From contig CM022679.1 of the NCBI GenBank assembly GCA_012295275.1, forward strand, positions 15,438,001 through 15,502,000: DNA of 64,000 nucleotides, read 5' to 3'. This DNA is from Chrysomallon squamiferum. Taxonomy: Eukaryota > Animalia > Mollusca. A program made the position numbers and the translations under genes. The notes under the pieces are model-generated. The model had not been told where the DNA came from, did no database searches, and was given only the letters and a program-made list of their open reading frames with translations. How positions within the stretch are numbered: position 1 is the stretch's first letter; every line of letters begins with the position of its first letter. Below are positions 1 to 14,000 of this stretch, piece after piece.

Positions 1-160
1 TTATGCCATGTTCCATGCCACAATGGCTGATGTCAACAGAAAACCATGTGACATGACTGGTGATGATGACTTTGCTAAACAAGGGGGAATAACCAATGGT
101 GGAGCTTGGTATTCTGTTCCAGGAGGTAAATATTTTAACAATTTGTCTTTGTGATCAGTC

Positions 161-240
<80 letters not shown>

Positions 241-3200
241 TTTATTTTTTTTTTTTTTTTTTTTTTTTTGTGATTAGAGGGGGAAAAAATCATTCACTTT
301 TAATATCCACAACCATATTTATGAAATTAGTTTAAATAGCTAGTTATAAAAGTTGCTTATAAAAGTATAATAATATTTATTAGTTCATTTAAAATTATAT
401 GAATTAATGGTCTAATAAAATGCTTTATATTTTCAAGTTATTATTTTACTGTTTTATCTGACCTACCATCATTTATGATATTAACAGTAAAATAAAATGT
501 TAAAAACATTAGAACACTCCTATTTTCCCAGATGGTGAGATCCATGGCAGAATGATAGCCACATTTTTATGGCAAAATGTGGATAAAAACTTTAGAACAA
601 ATGAGTCATGTATGCAATGTCTTTATACTACTACATCTGTTGGTTTTAATTAAGAATGGATGACAAAAAAAAAAAAAAAAAAAAAAAAAAAGCACAAACC
701 AAAAAATAACAACAGCAACAAAAACAAACATGAAACAAACAAAAAAAACCCAACACAAATAATATATAACTTTGAAGTATTTAGTATTTACATTATATCA
801 CAAAAGATACAATTTAACATAATTTGGGTCTGAAACAGAGGTGTTTTATTAAATTAATTATTTATATATTTTTGGTTTCATCTGTATTTTATATCTGTTT
901 TATTAATCAGGTATGCAGGATTACAACTATTTGGAAACAAACTGTTTTGAAATCACTCTTGAGCTTGGCTGTGACAAATTTCCCCCAGCTTCACAACTTG
1001 AGAAAGACTGGAAAGAAAATGAAAATGCCCTAGTGGCCTTCATGTTAGAGGTAAACAAAAAACAAACTTTTAGTTTAGTAGTCTACTGAACATTTTGTAA
1101 AGGTTTATGTCTTCACAAATTATTAAATATAATTTTAAAAATGATACAAGTCTTGATTGTGTGATGGTACAGATTGAAGTTTTGATGGATGATAGTATTT
1201 GTTAATAATTTTCATCCATTTGTAAGTAAATCATATCTTTTAAGTAAGCTTATTGACTTTGGCTTGAATGTAGTCCTAATCAATCATTATGGAAAACACT
1301 GTTTAATCTTCATTGCAGTATTAATAATTTTATTAAGAATGTATTTTTCTAAATCAGAGCCAGATTGGTGTGAAAGGCATTATAAAAGACATTGATGGGA
1401 AGGCATTGAAAGGAGCAGAAGTGAAGGTGTACAATATGTCCACAGGAAAGGATGTATACATTCCACATGACATTATCTCCAGTAAGTAATACACATTATT
1501 ATTATTATTACTAAGTAGTCATAATGGAGTTGAAGTTTTATTGTATTGTTGTTGGTTTTGTTTTATAATTATAATTATTTATTATTGTTATTATTATTAT
1601 TTGAAACCTTGGCATTTTTATTTATCTCAGACATATTTTAAAACTAAGAAAAAAGTTAACATAGTATAAATTAAAAATATACATATAATTTTATTTATTT
1701 ATTTATTTATTTATTTATTTGTATTTATTTAGTGTTTGTATTATTATCTTTTTTTCTCTCACCTGTAAAATATCTGAATAAAAAACATCAGAAACTACAT
1801 AATGCAACAGTAACAGATATTTATGCTGGATTAATCTGATTGCTGTAAAAAGCTAGTTAAAATGCAATTTATTTAGATGATAAATTTAAGAAACCCATGA
1901 TTTCAGATGCTGATGGTGACTATTATCGCCTTCTTGTTGATGGCTTCTACAAGGTGAAGGTCTCTGCTCCTGGCTACCACCCAATGTCACAGTGTGTTAT
2001 TGTGGAGAACAACAATCTAGAAGGAACTGAACCTCTTACAGAGGCACAGATTCTCAACTTTGAGCTTGTTCCTGAAAACCTACCAAAACCCAAAATGGAC
2101 ATTGACTGTCCCCATCTTATGAGGATAATGCGAAACATTGTTTATGAGAATGAGGTAAAGTTTATTGTCAGCTGAATTCATGCTTTTATATTTTATTTTA
2201 TTTTATTTTATTTTAATCCAATATATTTTAATTTTAATTTTCTTTTTAATTTTAATTTTATAAACTGAAAATATCCTATAATTACAGTAGAATGTCTCAG
2301 TTCTCTTAAGTGCACCCACTGTCAGCCATTTTCTGTTACAATCTAGTTGTAACTAATTTATAAAAAATTCTCTATGTGCTTTCACGTCTGTGGGAAGGTA
2401 CACACAAAGCATCTGTTGCTGCTAACTGTCAAGAGTAACCCACAACAGAAAGTCACTAGCAGACCTGAGGAGATTTGTTCCTCTGATCATTCACTCCTCA
2501 AAGCCTAAAGTTTAATTTGTTCTTTTAATTTTAGTTACTGAATTCATACTTCATTTCTTTTTAAGTTAAGTCACACTGATATCAAGCTTAACATTCTTTT
2601 CATTGGTTTCTAGATTAATGTTATAAATCACGTTCTTGCTTTTTTCAATTTATTATTATTATTTTTTAAATTACATTTATATTAATGCTTTAAGAATTAT
2701 AAGAAATTTCAATTTTGTTGGTTTCACTTTAATGTCATTATAATTCATGGCTGAATTTACAATTAATTTGTTGTATTTTTATTGCAGAAACTATCGATAT
2801 TCTTTTTAATTAATTTTCTTTTTATAAATCATTTATCATTAATTTCATGTTTTAGGAAATATTAATGTTCTTTCAGTTTTTTTCCTTTACTATAAATCTG
2901 ACTTAAAATTACAGTTAATTTAATTTCTGTTACAGACATTATTCTTTTTTCTAAATTTAATTTATTTATATCAGCATTAGAATAACAGTTAATTATTATT
3001 CTTTTATCTTTAATTTTTTTAATTTTATGAAAAAGCTTCAGTTTGATCATTTTTGTTTCAGCTAACTTTAATATTGGTTTTGCAGTTGTTTTTGTTTCCA
3101 GACTTGGTTTGGTTATTTTTTTGTTTTAGAAGGCATTAACAGCGTTGTGCTAATTTTTATAATTTGAGTGTGGTAATTTTTGTGATTCAGAAAGTATTAA

Positions 3201-3345
3201 GTGTTAAGACTGAGTTTTTTTTTTTCAGCAAATGCAGGATGGTGATGATCTCTCATATCTGAAGGCAATGCTGCGACAGCGACTGAGTGACGAGAATCTC
3301 GAACAGTTAATTAACGAGATGGATGAAGAACAGCGATCAGATTAA
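1..3345 (+). CDS. CPE: M14B metallocarboxypeptidase, carboxypeptidase E-like (5'-truncated by window; last 5 coding exons)
   Basis: Exons <1-125, 911-1050, 1358-1481, 1907-2154, 3229-3345(TAA) join in phase with GT-AG ends. Translation includes [46 protein letters not shown] and DGDYYRLLVDGFYKVKVSAPGY, the catalytic and transthyretin-like domain motifs of the CPE/CPN/CPD family. A short C-terminus without a TM segment favours CPE over CPD. Confidence 0.85.
165..269. repeat. (TAT)n microsatellite plus poly-T
   Basis: Directly visible; it produces the spurious poly-Tyr/Phe ORF 96-335. Confidence 0.95.
2373..2445 (+). mobile_element. Decayed SINE core fragment (MetaSINE-like) in CPE intron
   Basis: TATGTGCTTTCACGTCTGTGGGAAGGTACACACAAAGCATCTGTTGCTGCTAACTGTCAAGAGTAACCCA resembles, from memory, the molluscan SINE core TGTGCTATCCTGTCTGTGGGATGGTGCATATAAAAGATCCCTTGCTGCTAATCGAAAAGAGTAGCCCA. 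Not database-checked. Confidence 0.45.
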
Positions 3346-4654
3346 TCCACCAAAAACATCTGTCACTGTTGCATTATGTAGTTTCTGATGTTTTTCATTT
3401 AAATATTTTACAAAGATAATTCAGATTTAAAAAAAAGAAGAGATGAAGAATATATATATACTTATTTTAAGAATCCCAAAATAGTTAATTTAGTTAAAAT
3501 GAACCCGTTTTTCACCTACCAGATATTCCTGATGTAGCCAAAGTTGTTGAAATCTAATTTAATACAAATCTGTTTTTATCAAAAGACTGTTCATATCACC
3601 ACTTTTAACATAGACTGTGACATATACGAATAGTATTGCCCTGTGAGTTTTAATAACAAGGATTGTCATAGATAGAGATTGATATATTTTCTGTGCTTTA
3701 CATTTGCCTACAAACATGTTACTGATAATGTAAATCCAGCAGTACTACAATGGTTTACAGTAAGAAATGTTTAACATGATACTGGAATTAATTATGTTCT
3801 CCTAAAGAGTTGTACAGTGTTCTTACAAACATTTTGTGTTTGAACTGTACTGAAAGATCATCAAAATGTTAATTGCATTTGTAATTAATTTTTACAGTAT
3901 GATAAAATAACAAGTTTCTAATAATCCAAACGCTTCATAGACTGATAATTAACATTTATAGCTGGATAGGCAAAAATTTCAGAAATAGTAAAATAAAAAT
4001 TAAAAACATATAATTAAAACTACATAATGCATCATTGATAATCCTTTTCATAATCCAGGGATGAACAGATACATTGTCACAATTTGTTAAGTTTTGGGAA
4101 GTGTTTACAAGTTAGCATTGATATTGCTTTAACCCACTTGAATAATCAAAAATATACTTAAATGATTTGGAATGTTAACCAGCAGTTATTTTTCAGTTAC
4201 TTACATTAATTCTTTACTTGATAATTTTTTTGTCTGCAATGTGTTTAATTTGAATATTATATTTATAAATAATTGTGGGAACATCTGATTATCCTTGGGA
4301 AAAAGGGAACTTATCCTTAAATCTCATGATATTAAACTGAATTTCAGTTTTATGATATTAATATCATAGCATTTACATTATAATTTAGCTAACTGTTGTA
4401 GAATTTTTTTTCAACAGTTTAGTTTTAAATTTGTTCTTTTTAAATTTTCTTTGGTCTTGTTATCTCACATTATTTTTTTATTTTATTGTTTTGATATCAT
4501 TTTACAGAAATGATTTTGAAAGAAATGAGATATTAAAATTTTAAGAAGAAACAAACTAAAAAAAAAATCATTCTATCAACTTGATATGAATAATTACATG
4601 AATAAGGCACTATTCTTAAAAAATGTTTTATATCTTTCCTTTCATTGCCTCTTT

Positions 4655-4704
4655 TTATTTATTTATTTATTTATTTATTTACTTATTACTATTATTATTA
4701 TTAC

Positions 4705-4774
<70 letters not shown>

Positions 4775-4775
4775 T
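4655..4775. repeat. (TTTA)n and (TAT)n microsatellite
   Basis: Directly visible; it produces the poly-Ile and poly-Leu ORFs at 4586 and 4623. Confidence 0.95.
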
Positions 4776-7700
4776 TCACAGATCTTTGCAGAACCTTTAC
4801 TTTATGATAAAAATTATGGTTTAAAATTATGTTGAAAACAGAAGATAGCCAGAGAATTTAAGTTTTGGAAGAATAATCTTTACAGCTATTTAAGGTCTAA
4901 ACAGAAATATAAATCTTCATTGGATTATCTAATTTGAAACGTTTTTTGACTGTTTTGGACAAATTTTTAGATAATTTGTATTATGAAATTTTCAGTTTAG
5001 GATTTTGTTTTTCCTGTTTTTTTCTAAGTAATCAAGCATAAAGAATTGTAGACAAAAACAGTTAGAAACTAAATAACATTATGAATATTAGAACAAGTGT
5101 CAAGCAGATTACAGTAAATTAAACTGAATTATGATTATGAGAAATAACTTAATAGTGAGTCTGCATTAATCAGTTACATTAATAAATTAAAGTTTTACCA
5201 AAACGGGTACAAATTATGAAAAAAAGCTAATTTTATCAGTTGACTTGCAGTTAATATCAATGATGGATAAAACCTTGTATATTTTTGTCAATATTACATA
5301 TGTTTTCATATGAATATACCATATATATTTATATATGTTTTAATAATATTGATAATACTTACTAAAAAGGGTAGAATTATAGCAATAAGAATGTAGTATT
5401 AAGAAGGACTGAGTTCTGTTAACAAGGCAAGTTATAAAATTAATGTTTTAAAAGTATTGTCACAAATAAAGTGTATATTTTAAATATTGTTTGAATTGAT
5501 CTTGAAATGAATTGGGGTTGTATCAAAGCAGTCATGAAAAGAAAAGATATAAATTTTGGAGATATAAAAATCCCAGTATATTTGTACTGATAGCAAAACA
5601 TTGGAAGATATTATAATTTTAAAGTGTACTTTCGTTAGTATTAACACAGAGGAAAAATATGTTAGATATATTTACCAAATTATTGATTTATCCATGTGAC
5701 CAATCTTCCCTAATAACAAAGTATGGCAGCTGAGATCACACAAAAAGCTGACATTTTCTTTTTGTGTTAATATAATTTTGTATATAAAAATATAAAATTT
5801 GTATTAAAAACTTGAGATAATTTTTCAGTGAATTACTCAGTTTATCAAAAGGATTTCTTTTTTTATTTATAAAATGAGTTGATGATAAAAATGACGTCAA
5901 CATCTACGTAATATCATGAGCTTGTTATTTTATTGTCATACTTTATTATTAACATAGATTGGTTGTGAAAAACAATAAAAATAATAATTTGGAAATTTAA
6001 AAGATATTTGGTCACAAAATCTAAACTTGAACTGAGCAAGAAAAAGACGTATTTGTATAATAGATTTGTTTTTGTGTAGTATCTGTTGTTTGTTCAGTTA
6101 TTATTATTGTTGAAATTATTGTTCATTTCTGTATATTAAAGAAGATGTGATGAATATTTATTGGTGCATTGCCCATCCTTAATATTTTTGTTGAAAGCAA
6201 AAACTGCAGAGAAATTTGTTATTTATTTTCATGAAAGTGTTGGGTAAAATATTTTTTAAAAATATGTGTTACAGTTGACAGTAATTAAATAGTGAAACTG
6301 GATGTTTTTATTTATCAGACTGAGGCTGGGTGGTAAGGGCTGGAGATTTTAGAAATACTGTTCAGTGAAAATGGGAGAATTATGATGATGTTAACTAAGA
6401 CATTGTTTGTAGAAATGACTAAAGAAAGGTCAGGCTTGTTTTCCTTTGTGATTTTATTGTTCATTGTGAATTTGTTTGTGCATACATATACTTATGTAAA
6501 CATGAAAATTGTGCATAATAATAAATTAAGGTAATGTCTTCTTTCATTTTCAGGCTATTAACAACAAAAGAACCCACAAACAAATATCTTAACTATTTGA
6601 CAGGAATCAGTAGTTCTGAACACACATAAATAGTTTTATTAAATGATGTTAAAAATGAAATCCTCTTACAGATAGTCATTATTAATCATGAAAACAGCTT
6701 ATTTACACTATAGGTTCTGTATTGAGCTTTTAAAATTTTTTAATCCAGATTTGGATGTGAACATTTGTTGCAGAAATATTTTCATTGTATAAAAAAGCAA
6801 AATTTCTATTGCTATAACAGATATTTTATGTTATGGTTTATATTTTGTAATATAATTTACAAGGACCAATTGTTTACCATTCCACAGACATCACAAAAAA
6901 ATTATTTATTGGTAGAACATTATCATTACTTTGGGCTCAAACTTAATTATTATTTTATTATTGTTCTGTTGTTTTTCCTCCCCATTTTCATTCTTTTATT
7001 TTCTGTTCAAATCATTTTAAATCAGCCCGTTTAAAAGCTGGATTGTGATTTTAAACATGGTAATGTTTTGTTTATAACTTATTATCTATACTTTTCATTT
7101 GTTATATTTTTGTGGGTTTTTCTGAAATGAATATACCATTTTGTTTACTTTGCAAGATGTTGCAATTTTTCATTATTTTGTTTTGTTTAGAAATCCTTAT
7201 AAAATCTATTGTTAATGAAATAATTCTGTTGTTTTCACTTGATTGTGAATTTTGTGTTTTTGAGTAATCTTAATTAAGATCTCTCAATTTGATAAATATC
7301 AATTTGTTTGATTAATGTTGAAACTAAATATATATATATAAACCTAAGATAATCACTGAATCTTTGAATGTATAATACAGACCCTGTTAATGTAATAATT
7401 GGTCATTACAGTTATTTATAAATGCAGATCAATGGTTTTAGCATCTTTTGTATGCCCTGTATTTTATTTATTTATTTATTTATTTATTTATAATTTCACT
7501 TGTAATGGCAGCACAAGTTAACTGAAATCCTAAATCCACATCTTTTTTAAATACTGTATGACACATTTTAACAAACTGTTACATTAACATTCTGTTGATA
7601 AATCAAAATTTGTTTTAATAAATAATAATTGTTATTCTGACAGAAACAAATATAAAATTATGTCAAAAGTCTGTTTAAGAGTACAGTCTAGTCAGTTTTC

Positions 7701-9899
7701 ATTTTCTTTATTTGTTTATTAATAATAAATCTTTTGTTTTTCAGTAGTATAGAACAATGCAGTTATTGTTGAATACATACACAATAGAAACAGTTATAGA
7801 AAGAACATTAAGTACATTTTAAAACTGTAATTTGTATATTTGATAACTAATATTTTATGATGTAAATGTATTACATTATATTTATAAACTGTTTTTCTGA
7901 AAGATTTCTAAAGCAGTATTACAGGACTATAGTCTCTTAATTATTCTTCTGCCTTTGACAATATGACCTGGATACAGTTGTATTTTTATTATTTACATAA
8001 ATAATACTGATTTCAAATGTTACTGTAAAAAGTTTAACTGAAAATAAAAAAAAAAAAAAATCTTGACACACTCGTTTTGAAGTTTCTCTTTTTCATTAGA
8101 GCTTTCAGTTAAAATGAATTCCTTCACTTTAAATACTCTAAGTTTACTATTATATTTGGTCTTATTTATATTATTTGCTCAAATAATATCCATAAAATAA
8201 AATCAAAATGAGAGGTTCCTATATTCTGAAATTAAATGAATGACACTGGAACTACAATAAAATCTGAATTTAGAAAATAGATCTATTTTGTTTGTTAATT
8301 TTTAAATGTTTACTCACTTTATAGATTTAGCATGTAACATTGAACTGTTTTAAAAAGCAACATTTTTATTTGTATTAATTTTATTTATTTAATATAAAAT
8401 CATGAATCAAGACTGGTAAAATGTGAATTAAATTTATCAAATTATATCTACTGAGATTTTAGTTTACTCAGACTCACTTTCAGAAATAAATAATTCTATA
8501 TTTCAGAAAAGGATATTAATGCAGAATGTGAAATTAATTATGAATCTGTATTGTCTAAACAAGATTGTTTACACGATCCAAGAAGCACTTGTAGTTAAAA
8601 AGCATTTTCTGCAAACTGAGATCCACTTTCTTGCATAATTCAGGTAACAATACCATACTGTATTCACAATACCACACTATATATTAACTGTTCACTATTG
8701 GTAGATACGATATAATTCCTATGAAGAGTTTCTGAACTGGTATTCTTCTTAATATTTTTGTGCAGGTTTTTTTTAAAGATACTGTGTATAAATTATCACT
8801 GTTAATTATAATAATGTTGTCTTTTAAAACAGCTCAATATTTTTCTTTTACAACCTTAATGTATAAATATTTTTGTTCGTTTCCGATATATTTTACCTGT
8901 ATGATTTTATACACACTTGTATTTTGTTAAAATCCAAAAGCTCACCCAAATTTACTCAATATATTTTCTTATACAAAAAACTAACCTCCAAAGTTACATT
9001 TATGTTGTCTGTAATGTACACTTATTGTGTGTTTAGAATAAAAATGATGTTCAAAACACCTGTTTTATTTTTTTTGTTTGTTAAACTGAATTTTGTAAGT
9101 GAAGATTTAAATGGAGCCAGGGAAAGACTCCACATGACAGGGTGTAACAGTGTCTGTGTACAAAAATTGGTAAATTCTTTTCATGATTTAGAATAGCAAC
9201 TAACCCATCTCACAGGTTATACTCAATATATCGGATAAATTTATGAATGAAACGATCATAACATTTAAGCTACTTGATTATTGGAATTATTATTATAGGC
9301 TGCATGAATTTCCACTAGCATTATTTTTGTTATACTAACGAAAAGTATTGTGACAAAACATCTTATATAAATCGGTCATAAACTGTCTGAATCACTCAAC
9401 TATGATAGGTTTGTCAAAAACAGATATAATAATAATTAATATGCTTCTTTTCTGTCAAGCATTGAATTTGAAACTAATAGAACGTGCATAGGTCTTTGCT
9501 GCCAGCCCATCACGTCTCATTGGTCCTTAGTCAACTGAATGATACCAGACACTTAGACAGCCATAACTTTAATTTTAAACTCTGCTGAATGTGCCATAAG
9601 TCTGATAAGTTAAAACATTTCATGAATGAAAGTTGTAAATACACAAACATTTATTATATACTATGGTGTACTTCTTACGTTTGTGAATTGCCAACACAAA
9701 AGCCGAGGACCGTCAAATTCGTTTTTAGTGCAATAACTGGCGGGATAGAAAGGATAACAACAACAACAATTAATAATAATAATAATAATAAACACAACAC
9801 CGAACAAACAAACAAACAAAAACGATAAAAGGTGCATCAGGTCTTATTTAGCTACCTGAATGCATTAGCTTTATTAATAATAATAATTATTATTTCTGT

Positions 9900-10150
9900 T
9901 GACAGCCCTCCACGGTCGAAGGGATATAACTACAACGGAAGTGATCGGCGGGGTTTATAAATGGCGTCGGAATAGAAATGTATTAATGTTTTTAGCATTG
10001 AAGCCGTTTGCATTTGTTTTAATTAACGAAAGAGATATACTGTATTTTTAAAAATACAAATATTGCAATATATACGTAGTTTTATAACAGAATATCAGAA
10101 CATTAATGATCGCATACGAGATTTTGCTGGTATTGAAGTAATTCACCAAG
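9900..10150 (+). promoter_or_regulatory. MAD1 promoter and probable non-coding first exon
   Basis: Local CpG enrichment; ACTACA (9929), ETS-type CGGAAGTG (9936-9943), YY1-type AAATGGCG (9959-9966). Donor AAG|GTAAAC after 10150 could splice to the acceptor TTAG| at 11044, upstream of the ATG. An E2F-like GGCGGGA lies at 9739-9745. Confidence 0.6.
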
Positions 10151-10212
10151 GTAAACCGTAAACTGAGAACTCGGCTAAAACTGTCAAAATTCAGACTCGG
10201 TTACATTGACCA

Positions 10213-10214
<2 letters not shown>

Positions 10215-10273
<59 letters not shown>

Positions 10274-10274
10274 T
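10215..10274. repeat. (TAT)n microsatellite
   Basis: Directly visible. Confidence 0.9.
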
Positions 10275-10385
10275 AAATATCATATGTCATCTTTGGTATA
10301 ATAAATGTCAACAATAAATAATGTGCTTAAATATTATACCAGTATAAATGTTAATTAAAGTTAGCACTGGTCATGATAACAGAAC

Positions 10386-10421
<36 letters not shown>

Positions 10422-11082
10422 TAACACTTAGGATCACTTTACTTATTTTAGCTAATGTTTTTCATTTCTGTGACACTTTCCCAATCTCAGATAATGAAAT
10501 ATAACATGTAACTATCAATGTATCATACAACACAAATATACAAGTAATGAAGGATCATCTGTATTTACTTCCACTATTGGAAGTACTAAGAATGATTTTG
10601 CAGATAATATTTTCTTTCATTGAGGCAAATAAGGTAAAATGCCTCATACTGAAATTGATGATATTTATTATTATTATTATTTTTTTTTTTATACAAAGAT
10701 TTTATTAAAAAATATAAAATATAAGTATCAATTCTGATAGCAATGATATCCAATGAATGAATTTATTTATAGCTATGGTTACTGTTACTGTTGTGATGAA
10801 AGACATTATTGACTGTAAAGACATCAGACATCAAACAGGTTTATCGAACACCTGATAATTTAAGGCATACATCATCCTTTTCACACATTTCAGTCTTAGC
10901 CCAGTTCTTGCCCTGATGCAATGTCATTTACCCCACAGACTCCTCATCCTTCAAATTTAATATATTACATGCTACCCATGCTTTAACCAAATTTTATTAT
11001 TATAACTTCACTACAATTTCGGTGTTATTTCTTTCTTTATTTAGATTTTAAAAATCTGACCTGGGTGTAAGTGTGATTGGTC

Positions 11083-14000
11083 ATGGACAGGACACCAAAA
11101 TCTCTTCAGCAGATGAAAGAAGAGTTTTGTGAATTTTTGTCATCTGGCAGAAAGACACATGATGATAAACCAGTATTTCGACTTGATCAGAGCATTACTG
11201 ATGAACAATCTAAGCAATCTCTGTCTATGAAAACATTGTTAGGTATGTACATTAATTTTCAGAATAAAATTTAAAATTTTGATATATTACTTTTATTGCA
11301 GTTTAAAAGAAGACTAAAACATAAAAGAAACTGTTCAGTTACATTGAATGACATAATGCTTTTTGACTCTCACTCATTTTGTTTAGAATTTTTGTTGTCC
11401 TCATTAACATCTAAATTTTCTCTCTTTTCTTATTGTAGATTAATAATAATTATTATTATAATACTTTAAAATAAAATAATAAATTTTAATTTTTTATTGT
11501 ATTTTAATAATAATAATTATTATATTATCTTTAAGATAAATCAAACTTTAAAATGTTTAAAAAATACTAACTATTCTGTGGCTGTTCTTCATAAGATATA
11601 TATTTTAATATTTCTATTTTTATTAATTTATTTAACTGAATTTTATTGTTTGATATTAAAACAATTGTATGGAGAAATAACCATTTTTTAAAGATTTTTT
11701 TTCATATAACAATGTAATTTAAATGAAAACTGGTACTAAATAAAATATAATAAAAAAAGATTTTTAAAATTGTTTTCAGAACATGAAAAGGAGGAAAAGA
11801 GAAAGGAAGCAGACTTAATAGCTGCAAAAGCTGAGATAGCTAAACTGCACACACGGATTAATACACTTCAAACATCATACAAGAGGGCCAGAATAGAGTA
11901 TGAAACTGAGGTTGAAAATATCAAATATAAAAATGAGGTGAGAAGTCACTGAGCTAACTAAAATCTACCTTTTGCTTTTTCTTATTTTTCAGTTTCACTT
12001 ATTCATTTCCAAAAATGATTTTTTTTTTTTTCTGTTTTTCATTTTTTAAATTTGTTTTAATCCTTATAATTTTTTATCACAGCATGTGAGACTGAGAAAA
12101 TTAAGAATTTTGGGGCCAGTTTTTGGCCATGAACTAACTAAGTGGAGTTTTTACTGCATTTTTAACACTCCAGAGTGAGAAATGTATTTCTGGTAAAATT
12201 GACATTTACTAGTGTTTAAAATCTTAGGTGACCATCAGTTGCAGTTATACCCTGTATCAAATAATAATAAAGAACAGCACTTAAAACTTGCTTGTCAAAT
12301 GAATATTTTATCTTTTATTAGCATTTTTCTTTCTATTTTATTTCTGAAACATATGCTGTTAAATTAATTACCAAATAATTGTAAATACTAAAAAAAGACC
12401 CCTGGTAATCTTTAAGAACTGAGTTGGTGTACTAGTTTACAGAAAAATAATAGTAATGTTAACCACACTGTTGGATGTTTTGCTGCAGCAGGTACCAGAA
12501 CTAAGACTAGAATAACATGAAATGTGTATACATTCACTTTATTTTGTTTTCATGATCTATGAAAGACATTATTATAGAATACAAAGTTATGAAATTTTGG
12601 AGTCAAATTTGCTGTATATATTGTGATTATTTTTAGAAAGAGAGTGAAGAAATCATGAACCTCAAGTCACAGCTGTCCTATATGACTCGTCAGGAAGAAC
12701 TGCTTCATAATGAACTCAACGACAACCGGAAAGAATTTGTACAGAAAAAAGCTCAGTATGAGGATGAAATTCTCTCACAACAGAAAAAATACTTTCAGCT
12801 TGAACAAACACTTCACCAGGTTTTTTAAATTAAAATTAAATTAAATATAGACATTTTCTTTTGCTGGATGCAGTTTGCTATGGTCTTTTGCTAATTTTTA
12901 TAATAATAATAATATGAAAAAAAGATATTTTTTTTTCTGGAAAAGCAATAAGAAAAGTGTAAGTCCCAGAATCAATTCAATATGTTCATAGTTTGAACTG
13001 TTTCCCATTCAAGCCAGTTTCTGACAGCTGACTTCAGAATGTATTTTCCTGAATTTGGGAAGGTTCATGTAAATAATATTTTTTATGTTAAGTACATTAT
13101 AATATTTTTTATGTTAAGAAGTACTTTTCCTTTCTCAAATCATCATTATACAAAAATTGTATGTCTGACAAAAATTGTTGATATTAAAATGTGTTTTGCT
13201 GTTATTAAACGTGCATTCTTTTGTTCATTGAGTCATCTGATCAATTAAAGCCATGGATGTAGAAATATGCTGAGAAGAATTTAAACTTTTATTTATGAGA
13301 AAGATGATAATTGTATTACAGGCTCAGGAGGAAGCTTGGGAACAGTCAGCAGGCTTGAAGAATGAACTATTTAAAACTAAATCAGAGCTGTCTAAAATTA
13401 ACATTGAGTTGGAGGAGACCAAAGCACAGCTGAAACTCCAACAGAGGTAGATTATTACTTTAGTGTATTAATGGTAATCTTAAAACACATATCTTGTTTT
13501 AGCTTTATTGTGATGGAAGATTTACAATGACTTTATATAACAACGTTTAATAGTACTTTATTTTGTTTATATATCTTTTTATTTTTTATTTATTTGTTAT
13601 ATTTATTTGTTTGACATTTAATAACAAGGTTATAAAATTAACTGAACCACATTTCACACACATTAATATATTCAATAAATTATTGCACAGTTCTCACTAT
13701 CTTCACTAATATCACAAGTTAAAGGATAATGGCAATTGCATACAATATTGTGTTATTTAATTGTTCTATTTTATTATTAGCAAACATTGATCTTTACAAC
13801 AAACCAACAAGTTGGAAGTTTACTAAATATTTTATATTTTTATAGTAAGTCTGTAGATCTGAATACTTCATTGAGAGAACTTGAAGATTATCGTCAGAGA
13901 GCAGCCAATGCAGAAAACAGGGTTAAAGTAGGTTTAATCATAATTCTGTAGCACTTTTTCCCCCTAAAATAAGAGATGCAACAACAATGGTTTAGAACAT

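Noticed and set aside
96-335. Poly-Tyr/Ile/Leu ORFs (96-335, 4586-4835, 45930-46208, 59794-60096 and similar)
   Set aside because: Translations of (TAT)n/(AAT)n microsatellites in introns or UTRs.
2788-2865. Alternative CPE last exon giving a hydrophobic tail (KLSIFFLINFLFINHLSLISCFRKY)
   Set aside because: An in-frame acceptor exists, but any T-rich intron translates as hydrophobic; no independent support.
8507-8643. AG...GT-bounded segment, and short minus-strand peptides in 8500-9500, as an extra exon or recombinase remnant
   Set aside because: The frames I translated contain stops, and any similarity to known proteins was too weak to support.
10793-10854. GTGATGA...CTGA pair in MAD1 intron 1 as a C/D snoRNA
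   Set aside because: Weak terminal stem, no recognisable rRNA or snRNA guide; expected by chance.
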